This document shows, piece after piece, positions 29,093 through 38,631 of a stretch of DNA of 53,684 nt. The stretch is from an uncultured bacterium. Lineage in GTDB: Bacteria > SAR324 > NAC60-12. The notes below the pieces were generated by a model. That model was not told the DNA's origin and did no database searches. It saw only the letters and a program-made list of their open reading frames with translations. Location: assembly GCA_964010765.1 (NCBI GenBank), contig CAXGMD010000012.1, positions 1 through 53,684 on the forward strand, given 5' to 3'. Position 1 is the stretch's first letter, and each line of letters begins with the position of its first letter. The position numbers and the translations under genes are program-made.

Positions 29093-30973
29093 TCAGGAAG
29101 TCAGTTGGTGAGCTGTCGCAGCTGCCATGAAGTCATAGAGATCCGGCAGCAGTTCTGTCGGATTGTCCAACAGACCCTCCACGAGCATTGCACTTCGGAA
29201 GAGTTGTTCCACGGCTTGGCCGAAAAATTCTGATTTAGGATTTTCTTCAGCCAGCTTCGCCAAGTTCTGCAAGATCGGGTGTTTCAGATTAACTTCTAAA
29301 TTGCGTTTGCTGATCTGATATTCCTCGTTGACCATCTTCATCATGCGCTCCATATGAGCGCTCATGTTCTCCTGCGGATTGACGAGGGAGCAAGGGCTAT
29401 CTACCAGTCTCTTGGACGCAATCACATCTTTAATTCGATCACCAAGCTGTTGCTTGATCTTGTGGAGCAGAACTTCTCTCTGCTCTGTACTCATTTGAGA
29501 GTTGTCTTCGACTGAGTCTGGCATATCAATATCTGCCTGGGAGATGCTTTTGAAGGCTTTCCCATCATAATCCCGCAGCTCGTTCATCAAGAAATCGTCG
29601 ATGTGATCATGTAGGAACAGCACTTCTAAGCTTTGCTTGCGGAAGTACTCAAGATTCGGATGATGTTGTAAGGATTCTCTAGACGGCCCCACAATATAAT
29701 AAATCTCTTTTTGCTCATCACGCATCCGACTCACGTAATCTTTTAATGAGACATCAGCCGTAGCTCCTTCACTCAATGAAGAGTTGAAACGTAGGAGGTC
29801 CATGAGCTTACTGCGGTTACCGAAATCAGCTGAGACTCCCTCTTTCAGCAGCACACCAAATTCCTTCCAGAACTGGCTGTAGGACTCTGAATTGTTATCA
29901 GCGAGTGTTTGAAGTTCTTTCAAGAGTCGTGTGGTGAGGCTTTTCTTGATGCGTTCCACCAATGCGTTTTGCTGGACACTCTCTCTGGAAACATTGAGGG
30001 GGAGATCTTCAGAGTCAACCACTCCTTGAACGAAGCGTAAGTAGGGTGGGAGTAGGCCATTATGCTGAGACTGAATCAACACTTTTTGGGCATAAAGGGC
30101 CAAGCCTTTCCCCTCGCGTGCGTAGAGCACTTCATTAGTAATCTTTTGTGGAATGTAAAGCAGAGCGTAGTACTGAATCGGTGCATCAATCGACAAGTGC
30201 AGATGTTGCAGGGCAGGCTGATGATCGTAACTAATCTGCTTGTAAAACTCTTCGTAGTCCTTCTGGCTGACTTCCTCTTTAGACTGTGTCCAAATGGCAG
30301 TCACTTTATTGATGGTCTCTCCCTTGAGTTGAATTGGATGAGGGACATAATTGGAATATTTGCTGACGATCGATTTCAGTCGGTATTCATTACAGAATTC
30401 TTTGGCCTCATCTTTCAGATGTATCACTATCTTTGTTCCACGCTCTTCCTTGCTAGCTGGTGCTAGTTCGTACTGACCACTTCCACTGGAATTCCATGAC
30501 CAAGCTTGGCTATCGGGAAGCCAAGAACGGGTGGTTAGCTCCACCTTATCAGCTACCATGAAGACCGCATAGAAACCCACCCCAAATTGACCAATGAGAT
30601 TCTGTACGGCTTGTTTAGATTGCTGAGCCTCCCTCAAAAATTTGAGAGTTCCTGAACTGGCTATGGTTCCCAGATTTTCGATCAATTCTTCACGAGTCAT
30701 CCCACAACCAGTATCCTCAATAGTGATCGTTTGCTGGTCTTCGTCGAAGGATAATTCGATTTGCAGGGATGCATCTGGATTTAGCAGTTGGTCTGCCGAA
30801 GTGAGTGCAAGGAACTGAACTTTACTCAGTGCATCGGCGGAATTCGACAGCAGTTCCCTCAAAAAGATCTCTCGCTCGGTGTACAGGGAGTGTACGAGAA
30901 TATCGAGCAGCTTCTGCATCTCCGCCTGATACTCATGTACCTCGGGTTGTGGCGTGGATTGGGCTGAACTCAA
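29093..30973 (-). CDS. htpG: Chaperone HtpG (Hsp90)
   Basis: HSLY..EIFLRELLSN..DA, NLGTIASSGT, IGQFGVGFY, DSEDLPLNVSRE. TTG start with AAGGAGG SD. Confidence 0.97.
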   Translation of the reverse strand: MSSAQSTPQPEVHEYQAEMQKLLDILVHSLYTEREIFLRELLSNSADALSKVQFLALTSADQLLNPDASLQIELSFDEDQQTITIEDTGCGMTREELIENLGTIASSGTLKFLREAQQSKQAVQNLIGQFGVGFYAVFMVADKVELTTRSWLPDSQAWSWNSSGSGQYELAPASKEERGTKIVIHLKDEAKEFCNEYRLKSIVSKYSNYVPHPIQLKGETINKVTAIWTQSKEEVSQKDYEEFYKQISYDHQPALQHLHLSIDAPIQYYALLYIPQKITNEVLYAREGKGLALYAQKVLIQSQHNGLLPPYLRFVQGVVDSEDLPLNVSRESVQQNALVERIKKSLTTRLLKELQTLADNNSESYSQFWKEFGVLLKEGVSADFGNRSKLMDLLRFNSSLSEGATADVSLKDYVSRMRDEQKEIYYIVGPSRESLQHHPNLEYFRKQSLEVLFLHDHIDDFLMNELRDYDGKAFKSISQADIDMPDSVEDNSQMSTEQREVLLHKIKQQLGDRIKDVIASKRLVDSPCSLVNPQENMSAHMERMMKMVNEEYQISKRNLEVNLKHPILQNLAKLAEENPKSEFFGQAVEQLFRSAMLVEGLLDNPTELLPDLYDFMAAATAHQLTS

Positions 30974-31094
30974 GGATCCTCCTTAAAATCTATAATAAAA
31001 ATAAGTTGATGGTGAGTCGGCATTGCGACAAAAGAAGCAAACTTAATAGCTTAACAAACGATCTTCGAAAGAGAAAGTCACTTTGCGGGATAAA

Positions 31095-31502
31095 TCAATC
31101 AGAGGGTGGCAGGTGCTCCTGAATCCAATCGGGTACTGGGACTGGTTTTTCCTGCTTGATGCAAACCAACTCAATCAAGGCTTTGACAAGAGTTTGTTGA
31201 TCAGAGGAGCGTACAATGTTTTGTAGAAATTGAACACGATAGGGACTGGTCAGAGTGGGTTGTGTTTGCACTTCTAGGCGATCTCCCAAAACAGCGCCGC
31301 GTCGGAAATTCATCTCAGCTCGGTAGACTACGAAAGAGAGGTTTTCCTGCTGATGAATTTGGTAGAGTCGTTCTGCGCCTAGAATCTCCGAACGGGCTCT
31401 TTCACAATATTTTAGATAGTTCGCATGATAGACCACCCCAGTTATATCCGTGTCTTCGTAGTAGACGGTGACTGGGAAGCGAAACAGGAGACTTTCAGTC
31501 AT
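31095..31502 (-). CDS. YbgC/FadM-family acyl-CoA thioesterase
   Basis: VYYEDTD..GVVYHANYLKYCERAR hotdog motif. Start MTESLL at 31502. Confidence 0.9.
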   Translation of the reverse strand: MTESLLFRFPVTVYYEDTDITGVVYHANYLKYCERARSEILGAERLYQIHQQENLSFVVYRAEMNFRRGAVLGDRLEVQTQPTLTSPYRVQFLQNIVRSSDQQTLVKALIELVCIKQEKPVPVPDWIQEHLPPSD

Positions 31503-32829
31503 GTCGTTCCAGAATTCGGGCCTCTGTCCTACCTTGCTCTTCATCAACTTTCCAAAGCAGTGCCCCTCCAATCAAGAAAAGAATGGAGATGGAAGCAATG
31601 CTCCAGCGGGCTGCTTCTTGTCCAACAGATTCAAGTTCGGCTGCTGAGGGACTGTCTCCTAACAGCCATCCTTTGGCCATCAGGGCAGTCATTCCCATTA
31701 GCAAGGGCCCAATGATAGCGGCGAACTTTCCGAGCGTGTTATAGAAGCCGAAGTACTCCGCAGTTTGATTTTTCGGGATGAGACGAGCGTAAAACGATCG
31801 ACTGAGCGCTTGAACTCCGCCTTGGGCAATTCCAATTAGGACAGCAAGGCCATAGAACTCAAATTGACTCTTCATTTGAGTACCCCAGATGGTCACTATG
31901 AGATAAATGCCAATGCCAACTAAAATTGATTTGCGACAGTCCCAACGTGTACCCAGTCTGCCAAAGAAAAGTGCTGCGGGAAAGCCTATGAACTGTACCA
32001 ATAGCAAGGCTGTGATCAAATCACTTGATGAAAAACCAATGGAGAGACCGTAGTCGACAGCCATTCGAATCACAGTGCCCACCCCGTCAATGTAAAACCA
32101 GTATGCTGCCAAGAATAGGAAAAGTGTTCGTAGGTGTCTTATTTTACGGAAGGTTTCAGCAAGTTGTTGAAATCCAGCAAGAATTGAACTCCCCTTCGTA
32201 GGGGTCCCTTGGCTGACTTCGGGAACCCAGAGTAGTGTGAAAACGCTGAATATACCCCACCACACGGCTACTGTTAAAAAAGACAGCCTCACCGCTTCTG
32301 CAGGACCTGCTAATCCAAACCAATCGGGTTGCAGTGTCATTAAGACGTTGATCAGAAAAAGGAGCCCCCCACCCAGATAGCCAAGGGCATAGCCAAAGCT
32401 TGAAATACGGTCGAGTTGATCATCGGGAACCAAGTCTGCAAGCATCGCATCATAAAAGATGTTCCCACCGGCAAATCCCAAAGAGCCCAAAACGTAGACC
32501 AATACAGCCCATTCCCACTGACCCTGCTCAATAAAGTAAAGCCCTGCACTCATAAACACCCCAAGATAGGTGAACACTGCGAGCAATGGCTTCTTCAGAC
32601 GACCTCGATCAGCAATTGCACCAAGAATGGGGGCAGTCAGAGCAATCAGTAAGCTAGATAAGGAATTCGCAAAACCAAGCTGAGCTGTACTGACACTGAC
32701 ATCTGCTCCAGCACTCCAAAATTGCTTAAAAAAGATAGGAAAAAAACCCGCGATCACAGTGGTAGCAAACACGGAGTTAGCCCAATCATATAGTGCCCAA
32801 CCCCAAATTGACTTTCGTGAAGCTTCCAT
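31495..32829 (-). CDS. MFS transporter (UMF1/ATG22-like)
   Basis: WALYDWANS.F, P.LGAIAD, FYDAML, GYALGYLGG, QALSRS, YFGFY...GK. Confidence 0.9.
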   Translation of the reverse strand: MEASRKSIWGWALYDWANSVFATTVIAGFFPIFFKQFWSAGADVSVSTAQLGFANSLSSLLIALTAPILGAIADRGRLKKPLLAVFTYLGVFMSAGLYFIEQGQWEWAVLVYVLGSLGFAGGNIFYDAMLADLVPDDQLDRISSFGYALGYLGGGLLFLINVLMTLQPDWFGLAGPAEAVRLSFLTVAVWWGIFSVFTLLWVPEVSQGTPTKGSSILAGFQQLAETFRKIRHLRTLFLFLAAYWFYIDGVGTVIRMAVDYGLSIGFSSSDLITALLLVQFIGFPAALFFGRLGTRWDCRKSILVGIGIYLIVTIWGTQMKSQFEFYGLAVLIGIAQGGVQALSRSFYARLIPKNQTAEYFGFYNTLGKFAAIIGPLLMGMTALMAKGWLLGDSPSAAELESVGQEAARWSIASISILFLIGGALLWKVDEEQGRTEARILERHD

Positions 32830-32872
32830 AGAAGTGCTGTTTGAAGCGAATATTTAGTGGTTGCCGAAAGTG

Positions 32873-33406
32873 TTAGAGCAACTTTTCAATATCATTCAGA
32901 AGTTGTGGATGATTCGGTGAGACTGCCGAAGGGTATCGAGCAATGACCTGTCCTTTCCTGTCGACAAGGAACTTCTCAAAGTTCCAGCGTACTTCTCCAC
33001 GCATTGCTTGGTAGGCGGATGAATTAGTCAAAAACTCATAAACGGGCTGTTTGTTGGATCCCGTCACTGAAGAACTAGCAAATAAGGGAAAGCTGATTCT
33101 GTAGCCCTCACAGAATTCCTTGATTTCTTCATTACTGGATAATTCCTGATAGAAATCATTGCTCGGAAAACCGAGCACTACAAATCCTTGATTGCGGTAT
33201 TTCTGAAAGATTTCCTCCATCGCTTCATATTGAGGAGTGAATCCACATCGAGAGGCTGTGTTGACCACGAGTACCACCTTGCCCTTGAATTCACTGAGCG
33301 GCAGCTCAGAACCGTCGATGTCAGGGGCGGTTAGTTCAAACAGATTTGCCGCAGATACGCTGGTTATCGATGTCCAAAGGAACAAGGCACTGAGCAGAAG
33401 ACGCAT
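32873..33406 (-). CDS. Glutathione peroxidase family (Cys-type, signal peptide)
   Basis: VNTASRCGFTPQY, LGFPSNDF, WNFEKFLVDR. Hydrophobic N-terminus ending VSA. Confidence 0.93.
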   Translation of the reverse strand: MRLLLSALFLWTSITSVSAANLFELTAPDIDGSELPLSEFKGKVVLVVNTASRCGFTPQYEAMEEIFQKYRNQGFVVLGFPSNDFYQELSSNEEIKEFCEGYRISFPLFASSSVTGSNKQPVYEFLTNSSAYQAMRGEVRWNFEKFLVDRKGQVIARYPSAVSPNHPQLLNDIEKLL

Positions 33407-33511
33407 AGGACCTCTTGAAAAAATTTATTGGGATGGTGTCAGGATCTACTGGAGTAAGAGAAATTTTCCAGATTCTAGCGTAGGAGATTGTGTAAGGCAG
33501 GTCAATGGCTG

Positions 33512-33537
33512 AGGACAGCTTCCGCAGAAGCTGTCCT
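33512..33537 (-). terminator. Strong hairpin downstream of rpsA (probable terminator or 3' stabiliser)
   Basis: Perfect 11-bp stem AGGACAGCTTC-cgca-GAAGCTGTCCT, 14 nt after the rpsA stop. No clear U-tract. Confidence 0.55.
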
Positions 33538-33551
33538 TAGGCTCATGGTTT

Positions 33552-35249
33552 TCAGGCGGTTTCTTCTTCGTTCGTTTCCTCTTCTCCACCCTCTTCTTCT
33601 TCAACAGCTCCTTCTGCGGTGAAGTGAGCATTCTTAATCTCGATAATGCTCAGACCGAGGCGTCTTTCCTCAGGATCAATTTTGATCACACGAGCCCGCA
33701 CTTCTGTATCGACTGGATAGAAGTCCGTGATCTTATTCTTAGGAACGCTGCCATCAATTTCTGAGATGTGAACCAGTCCCTCAACTCCCTCTAGAACTTC
33801 CACGAAAATACCGAAATCAGTGATATTGACTACCCGTCCGACTACCTCTTGATTCAAGGGGAAACGATCGTCCAGATTTCTCCAAGGATCTTCCGTCAGC
33901 TGCTTGATCCCCAACGAAAGACGCTCTTGCTCAACATCAATATTTAGGACCTTAACTTCGATTTCCTCGCCTTTGCGAGCGATCTCTGAAGGCTTTCTTT
34001 GGCGCTGAGCCCAGGAAATATCGGATACATGGACGAGACCATCAATACCTTCATCAAGCCCAACAAAGATACCGAAGTCTGTAATGTTTCTCACTCGACC
34101 AGTGACAACTGATCCGATGGGGTATCGGTCTAAAGCTAGTCGCCAGGGATTCGGTTCGGCTTCTTTCATGGACAGAGAGATGCGCTTGCGTTCCACATCG
34201 ATTTCCTTGACCACAGCGTCGACCTCTTGACCAAGTTGCACCACCTTGGAGGGATGTCGAATTTTCTTGGTCCAAGACATCTCGGAGACGTGAATCAAGC
34301 CCTCTACACCTGGTTCCAACTCAATAAAGGCACCGTAATCCGTGAGGCTAACAATACGTCCTGTAATTTTAGTTCCAGCAGAATAGTTCTCGGAAACTGA
34401 TTCCCAAGGATTCTGAGTCTTCTGCTTGAGTCCCAAGGATACTTTCTGCTCATCTGGGTTGTACTTCAGAACAAGTACTTCAACCTCGTCCCCAATGCTA
34501 AACATTTCTGAGGGGTGAACGATACGTCCCCAGGTCATATCCGTGATGTGCAGCAATCCGTCTACTCCGCCCAAATCCACAAAGACACCGTAGTCGGTAA
34601 TGTTCTTGACGACACCAAGAATATTTGCACCTTCATGCAGAATTTCGAGGGTCTTCTTGCGCTTCTCTTCTCGATCAATTTCCAACAATGCTCTTCGGGA
34701 GAGGACAATGTTTCCGCGCTTCTGGTTAAACTTGAGAATTTTGAAGTCGAAGGACTCACCCAGAAGTTTGTCCAAGTTGCGTACTGGACGAAGATCTACC
34801 TGTGAACCTGGTAAGAATGCTTTGACACCAATATCGACGGATAGACCACCCTTAATTCGGTTGATGATTGCTCCGGTAACGATTCCATCTTCTTCGTAAA
34901 TTTTGCCAATTTTCTCCCAGACCCTAAGCTTCTCAGCCTTTGTTTTGGAGATGCTCGTGATTCCATCGTCTTCTTCCAAGGCCTCAACATAAACCTCGAC
35001 CTGATCACCAATATTGGCTGTCAGGGTGCCTTCGGAGTTCTGGAATTCTTCGGTGGGGATCAGACAATCTGATTTGAAGCCGATGTCGACAGTTACGTAG
35101 TCCTTGCCGATAGTAGTGACAACACCGGTGATGATTTCTTGTTCGCTGATGCCAACAAGGGTCTCATCGTAAAGCAGGTCAAAGTCTTCGCTTTCCTCAA
35201 AGAAAACGATTGGTTCAAGTTCAGTAGAAGTGGAGATTGATTCGGTCAC
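33552..35249 (-). CDS. rpsA: 30S ribosomal protein S1
   Basis: Six S1 domains (AFLPGSQVD, DGLLHITDM.W, EGLIHVSEMSW, DGLVHVSDISW). GTG start. Confidence 0.98.
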   Translation of the reverse strand: MTESISTSTELEPIVFFEESEDFDLLYDETLVGISEQEIITGVVTTIGKDYVTVDIGFKSDCLIPTEEFQNSEGTLTANIGDQVEVYVEALEEDDGITSISKTKAEKLRVWEKIGKIYEEDGIVTGAIINRIKGGLSVDIGVKAFLPGSQVDLRPVRNLDKLLGESFDFKILKFNQKRGNIVLSRRALLEIDREEKRKKTLEILHEGANILGVVKNITDYGVFVDLGGVDGLLHITDMTWGRIVHPSEMFSIGDEVEVLVLKYNPDEQKVSLGLKQKTQNPWESVSENYSAGTKITGRIVSLTDYGAFIELEPGVEGLIHVSEMSWTKKIRHPSKVVQLGQEVDAVVKEIDVERKRISLSMKEAEPNPWRLALDRYPIGSVVTGRVRNITDFGIFVGLDEGIDGLVHVSDISWAQRQRKPSEIARKGEEIEVKVLNIDVEQERLSLGIKQLTEDPWRNLDDRFPLNQEVVGRVVNITDFGIFVEVLEGVEGLVHISEIDGSVPKNKITDFYPVDTEVRARVIKIDPEERRLGLSIIEIKNAHFTAEGAVEEEEGGEEETNEEETA

Positions 35250-35374
35250 GAAGTAGCCTCAATTTAAGGAAACGGAAGTGCTTGCCGATGCACGACCGGT
35301 TGAGGTTAAAAAGCGCGGCATCCGTGCAGGGAGTGCTCCCTGATCATTCCGCAAATAATGGGCAAAAGGAACTT

Positions 35375-35404
35375 AATATACCTGTCAAATGCTGCTTTGG
35401 TCAA
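35375..35404 (-). promoter_or_regulatory. Putative sigma70 promoter of rpsA
   Basis: Minus strand TTGACC-N18-TATATT, about 125 nt upstream of the rpsA start. Confidence 0.45.
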
Positions 35405-35410
35405 GCCGAT

Positions 35411-35905
35411 TCAACGGTAGTTGATAAACTGCATATCAAAGTCGAAATCGGCATCCTTTAATCCTTGGATGACCACCTGTAGATCATCTTTGCTCTTGCC
35501 AGTCACACGAACCAAATCCCCATTCACTTGGGGTTGGACTTTCACTTTCAAGTTCTTGATTTGCTGATTAATACTTTTACATTGCTCTTTAGAAAGCCCC
35601 TGTTGAATTGAAATTTTCTTTTTCAGAACTTTTCCAGTTGGTTCGGTTTTTCCGTAAACGAGGCTTTTGACAGGCACGTTGCGTTTGAGCATCTTGGTCA
35701 AAAGGATGTCAGTCACGGCCTGCAATTTATACTCATCTTCAGCAGTCAATTGCAGACTAGGTTCTTCTTTGTCCAGATCGATTTCGGCTGTAGAACCCCG
35801 GAAGTCATAGCGGGTGGTGATCTCCCGTTTAGCTTGATCAACTGCATTTGTCACTTCTTGAAGATCAACTTGACAGACCACATCAAAGGAGTAACTGGAT
35901 GCCAT
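35411..35905 (-). CDS. yajQ: YajQ-family nucleotide/c-di-GMP-binding protein
   Basis: SFDVV..VD.QEV.NAVDQA..EI..RYDFRG, VRVTGKS.DDLQ, QF.NYR. Confidence 0.95.
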   Translation of the reverse strand: MASSYSFDVVCQVDLQEVTNAVDQAKREITTRYDFRGSTAEIDLDKEEPSLQLTAEDEYKLQAVTDILLTKMLKRNVPVKSLVYGKTEPTGKVLKKKISIQQGLSKEQCKSINQQIKNLKVKVQPQVNGDLVRVTGKSKDDLQVVIQGLKDADFDFDMQFINYR

Positions 35906-35931
35906 AATAAGTACTCATTTAAGTTGTTCAG

Positions 35932-37036
35932 TCAGCAAACTTTCTGGGAAAGTGCTGCCTTGATAAAGCCGTCCAAATCACCATTCAGAACAGCCTCCGA
36001 ATTTCCCGTCTCAAAGCCAGTTCGATGATCTTTGACCATCTGGTATGGATGCAGCACATAACTTCGAATTTGGCTACCCCAGGCAATGTCTTGCTTTTGG
36101 CTATTTTGCTCATCTTTTTCTGCATTGAGGAGCGCTTGCTCGCGCTCATAAAGTCGAGCTTTGAGGATTTTCATTGCAGAAGAGCGGTTCTTGTGTTGGG
36201 AGCGTTCATTTTGGCACTGGACAACAATTCCAGTTGGGAGATGTGTGATCCGTACAGCGCTGTCTGTGGTGTTCACATGCTGCCCACCAGCCCCACTTGC
36301 CCGATAAGTATCTACCTTCAAATCATCAGTCCTGATGTCAATCTCAATTTCTTCATCGATGTCCGCATAGACAAATACGGAAGCAAATGAGGTGTGCCTT
36401 CGCTTGTTGGCATCGAAAGGTGAAATTCTTACAAGTCGATGAACCCCAATTTCTGCACGCAAACGTCCATAGGCATGTACTCCTTTCACAGCAAAAGTTG
36501 CTGATTTTAAACCTGCCTCCTCGCCCGGCTGATAATCCATCACTTCCACAGAATAATTGTGATCGTTTGCCCAGCGAAGGTACATGTTGTGAAGCATAGA
36601 CGCCCAATCCGTGGATTCGGTGCCTCCAGCTCCTGGATGAATATTGACGATAGCGTCTTTTTCATCGTTCTCCCCACTGAACAGGCTGAAGATTTCGAGA
36701 CTATCGAGCTTCAGTTGCAGGTTTGTGAGGTTTGTCTGGATTTCCTTAAGAAGATCGGTGTCTTCTTCCTCACGATAAAGCTCTGCGGCGGTCTCTAAGT
36801 CATCTTGGAGTTGACGCATTTTGTTGAGGTTTTCGAGCAAATCGCCCAACTGCGCAGCTTCTTTCAGTAAGGTAGTACGTTCTTCGGCAGGTAATTCCCA
36901 GAAGTCACCTCGTGAGGAGCGACCTTCCAGTTCTTTCAGATGTTCAGTTTTGGCAGGGACTTCAAAGATACCCTTCTAGCTTGCCCAATCGCTCCGAGAG
37001 GCCGACGATTCGGCCACTAATCTCTTCGCTCAACAT
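35932..37036 (-). CDS. prfB: Peptide chain release factor 2 (programmed +1 frameshift, ~367 aa)
   Basis: ATG 37036 gives MLSEEISGRIVGLSERLGKLEGYL* ending CTT TGA. The +1 frame from 36963 (EVPAKTEHLKELE..DFW) is continuous with the listed ORF carrying SPF and GGQ. Confidence 0.97.
36961..36976 (-). other. prfB ribosomal frameshift cassette
   Basis: Minus strand GAAGGG-TAT-CTT-TGA-A: SD-like purines, 3-nt spacer, slippery CTT T, UGA. Confidence 0.92.
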
Positions 37037-37200
37037 GGTGTAAACCTTTCAACGATTAGAAAATGCTGTTTAAGAATAAGATTGTAAAACATATTATTAT
37101 CAAGAAAAATTAGTTCGAACATCAAGCTGAAACCCTCTGGATTAAGTTAGACTATCTTTCGTTTACTCATCCCAGTTACCTCAAACACATTTTTTAAATA

Positions 37201-37857
37201 ATGCGATTCATCCACATTATTGGCTTCATATTGCTCTGCCTATCTAGTTGCCAGTTGCCTGTGATCACCGGCAAAAACAACTTTTTTGATTATCGAAATG
37301 AACGGGTAGCTATCATAGGTTTTAAGGCGGCCGATAGCGTCCCAGAGAATGTTTGGGATGGAATGCTGAATACCGCCAGGCAGCAAATTCAGGATCATCC
37401 AGAGGTAAACCAGGCTTTTTTTGCTAAGGATGCACCAGCTGCTCGAGTGCCCGAATCAAACCTTGCGGTACGCTTACAACGCTTCACAACGACTCTCGCT
37501 TTGACAGGAATAGCTGATCGAGATCTGGCTCTCCCTCTTCAGGAGGATTTGGATGCAAATCTGCTATTTCTGCTGCAACTCGAGGATTATCCATGTAGCA
37601 AAGATTGTCCGGGAAAACGTCAATTCTTGATGCGATTGAAGCTATTGGATTTTCAGTCTGATGAAACCTTGTATCAGGCTCGTCTAAATTATCAGCTAAA
37701 CAAGGACGAGGAAGAGACACAGGCACTTTCTGAATTAATCACCAACTGGAATGGGCGTTTGTTGAATCGCTGGGCAGCAGATTTCAAAACTCCCTGGCAT
37801 CGCTGGCGATACGAAAATCTGAAGCCTTTGGCTGCCAATGCGGGTAAGCCGGAATGA
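37201..37857 (+). CDS. Hypothetical lipoprotein
   Basis: Signal peptide with LSSC lipobox. Alternating alpha/beta pattern. ATGA-coupled to the downstream HAD gene. Confidence 0.75.
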   Translation: MRFIHIIGFILLCLSSCQLPVITGKNNFFDYRNERVAIIGFKAADSVPENVWDGMLNTARQQIQDHPEVNQAFFAKDAPAARVPESNLAVRLQRFTTTLALTGIADRDLALPLQEDLDANLLFLLQLEDYPCSKDCPGKRQFLMRLKLLDFQSDETLYQARLNYQLNKDEEETQALSELITNWNGRLLNRWAADFKTPWHRWRYENLKPLAANAGKPE

Positions 37858-38558
37858 GTGTTGGTCAAAAAATGAACTTCGACTGGATGGGTTATCAACT
37901 CTATCTTTTCGATCTTGACGATACTTTGTTGATGACTCGTGCGGCGATTCGGGCAAGTTGGCGCAAAACTCTGCAGCATCCGAGGTTGACAGGTAAAAGT
38001 GTAGAGGAGTGGATAGAGACCCTCCGAGGGTTCACTTTACTCTATGGTACTACTGCAGATCAGGAGTATTGGCAAGCATTTGCTGTTGAAGTTACAGGCG
38101 AGTTGATCAAACCCCATCCCTTCGGAGAAGAACTCTGTAGGACAAATCGAGAGAACTATTGGCAGGTGCTCCAACCCGCTCCTAACATCCCTAACATCCT
38201 CGACCGTCTACGCGAAGAAGGCCGTCAGTTGGCACTGATCACCAATGGGCTGATTGAACTACAAACCCAAAAATTATTTAGAGCTGGGCTAGCCGATTAC
38301 TTCCAAGAACACGTCTATTGCTCCGATCAATATGCTTGGGCTCATCAAAAACCTTCTCCGCACATGCTGAACCAAGTCCTGGAGAAGTGCGACATGAGTC
38401 CTGAAGAAACTGTGTTCTTTGGGAACGCTTCGATTGATGTGCTCGCCGGCAACATGGCTGGGGTGACCACTGTCGCAGTCGCTGAGTTTAATAACCCTCG
38501 TGAGCTACGATTACTGACAGCTGATTACCATCTTAGTGAGTGGCCAGCAGAGATCTGA
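37854..38558 (+). CDS. HAD-superfamily hydrolase (YjjG-like)
   Basis: LFDLDDTL, ITNG, KPSP, FFGN..D...G..AG. Confidence 0.85.
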   Translation: MSVGQKMNFDWMGYQLYLFDLDDTLLMTRAAIRASWRKTLQHPRLTGKSVEEWIETLRGFTLLYGTTADQEYWQAFAVEVTGELIKPHPFGEELCRTNRENYWQVLQPAPNIPNILDRLREEGRQLALITNGLIELQTQKLFRAGLADYFQEHVYCSDQYAWAHQKPSPHMLNQVLEKCDMSPEETVFFGNASIDVLAGNMAGVTTVAVAEFNNPRELRLLTADYHLSEWPAEI

Positions 38559-38631
38559 CTCAACTTGCATTCGCGATCCTCACAACTGGAACTCCTGCTT
38601 TTCTTCCTTCACTCCTAATCAATTCCTTTGA

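Noticed and set aside
35932..37036. prfB as a pseudogene or truncated gene
   Set aside because: The in-frame TGA is the conserved programmed frameshift site.
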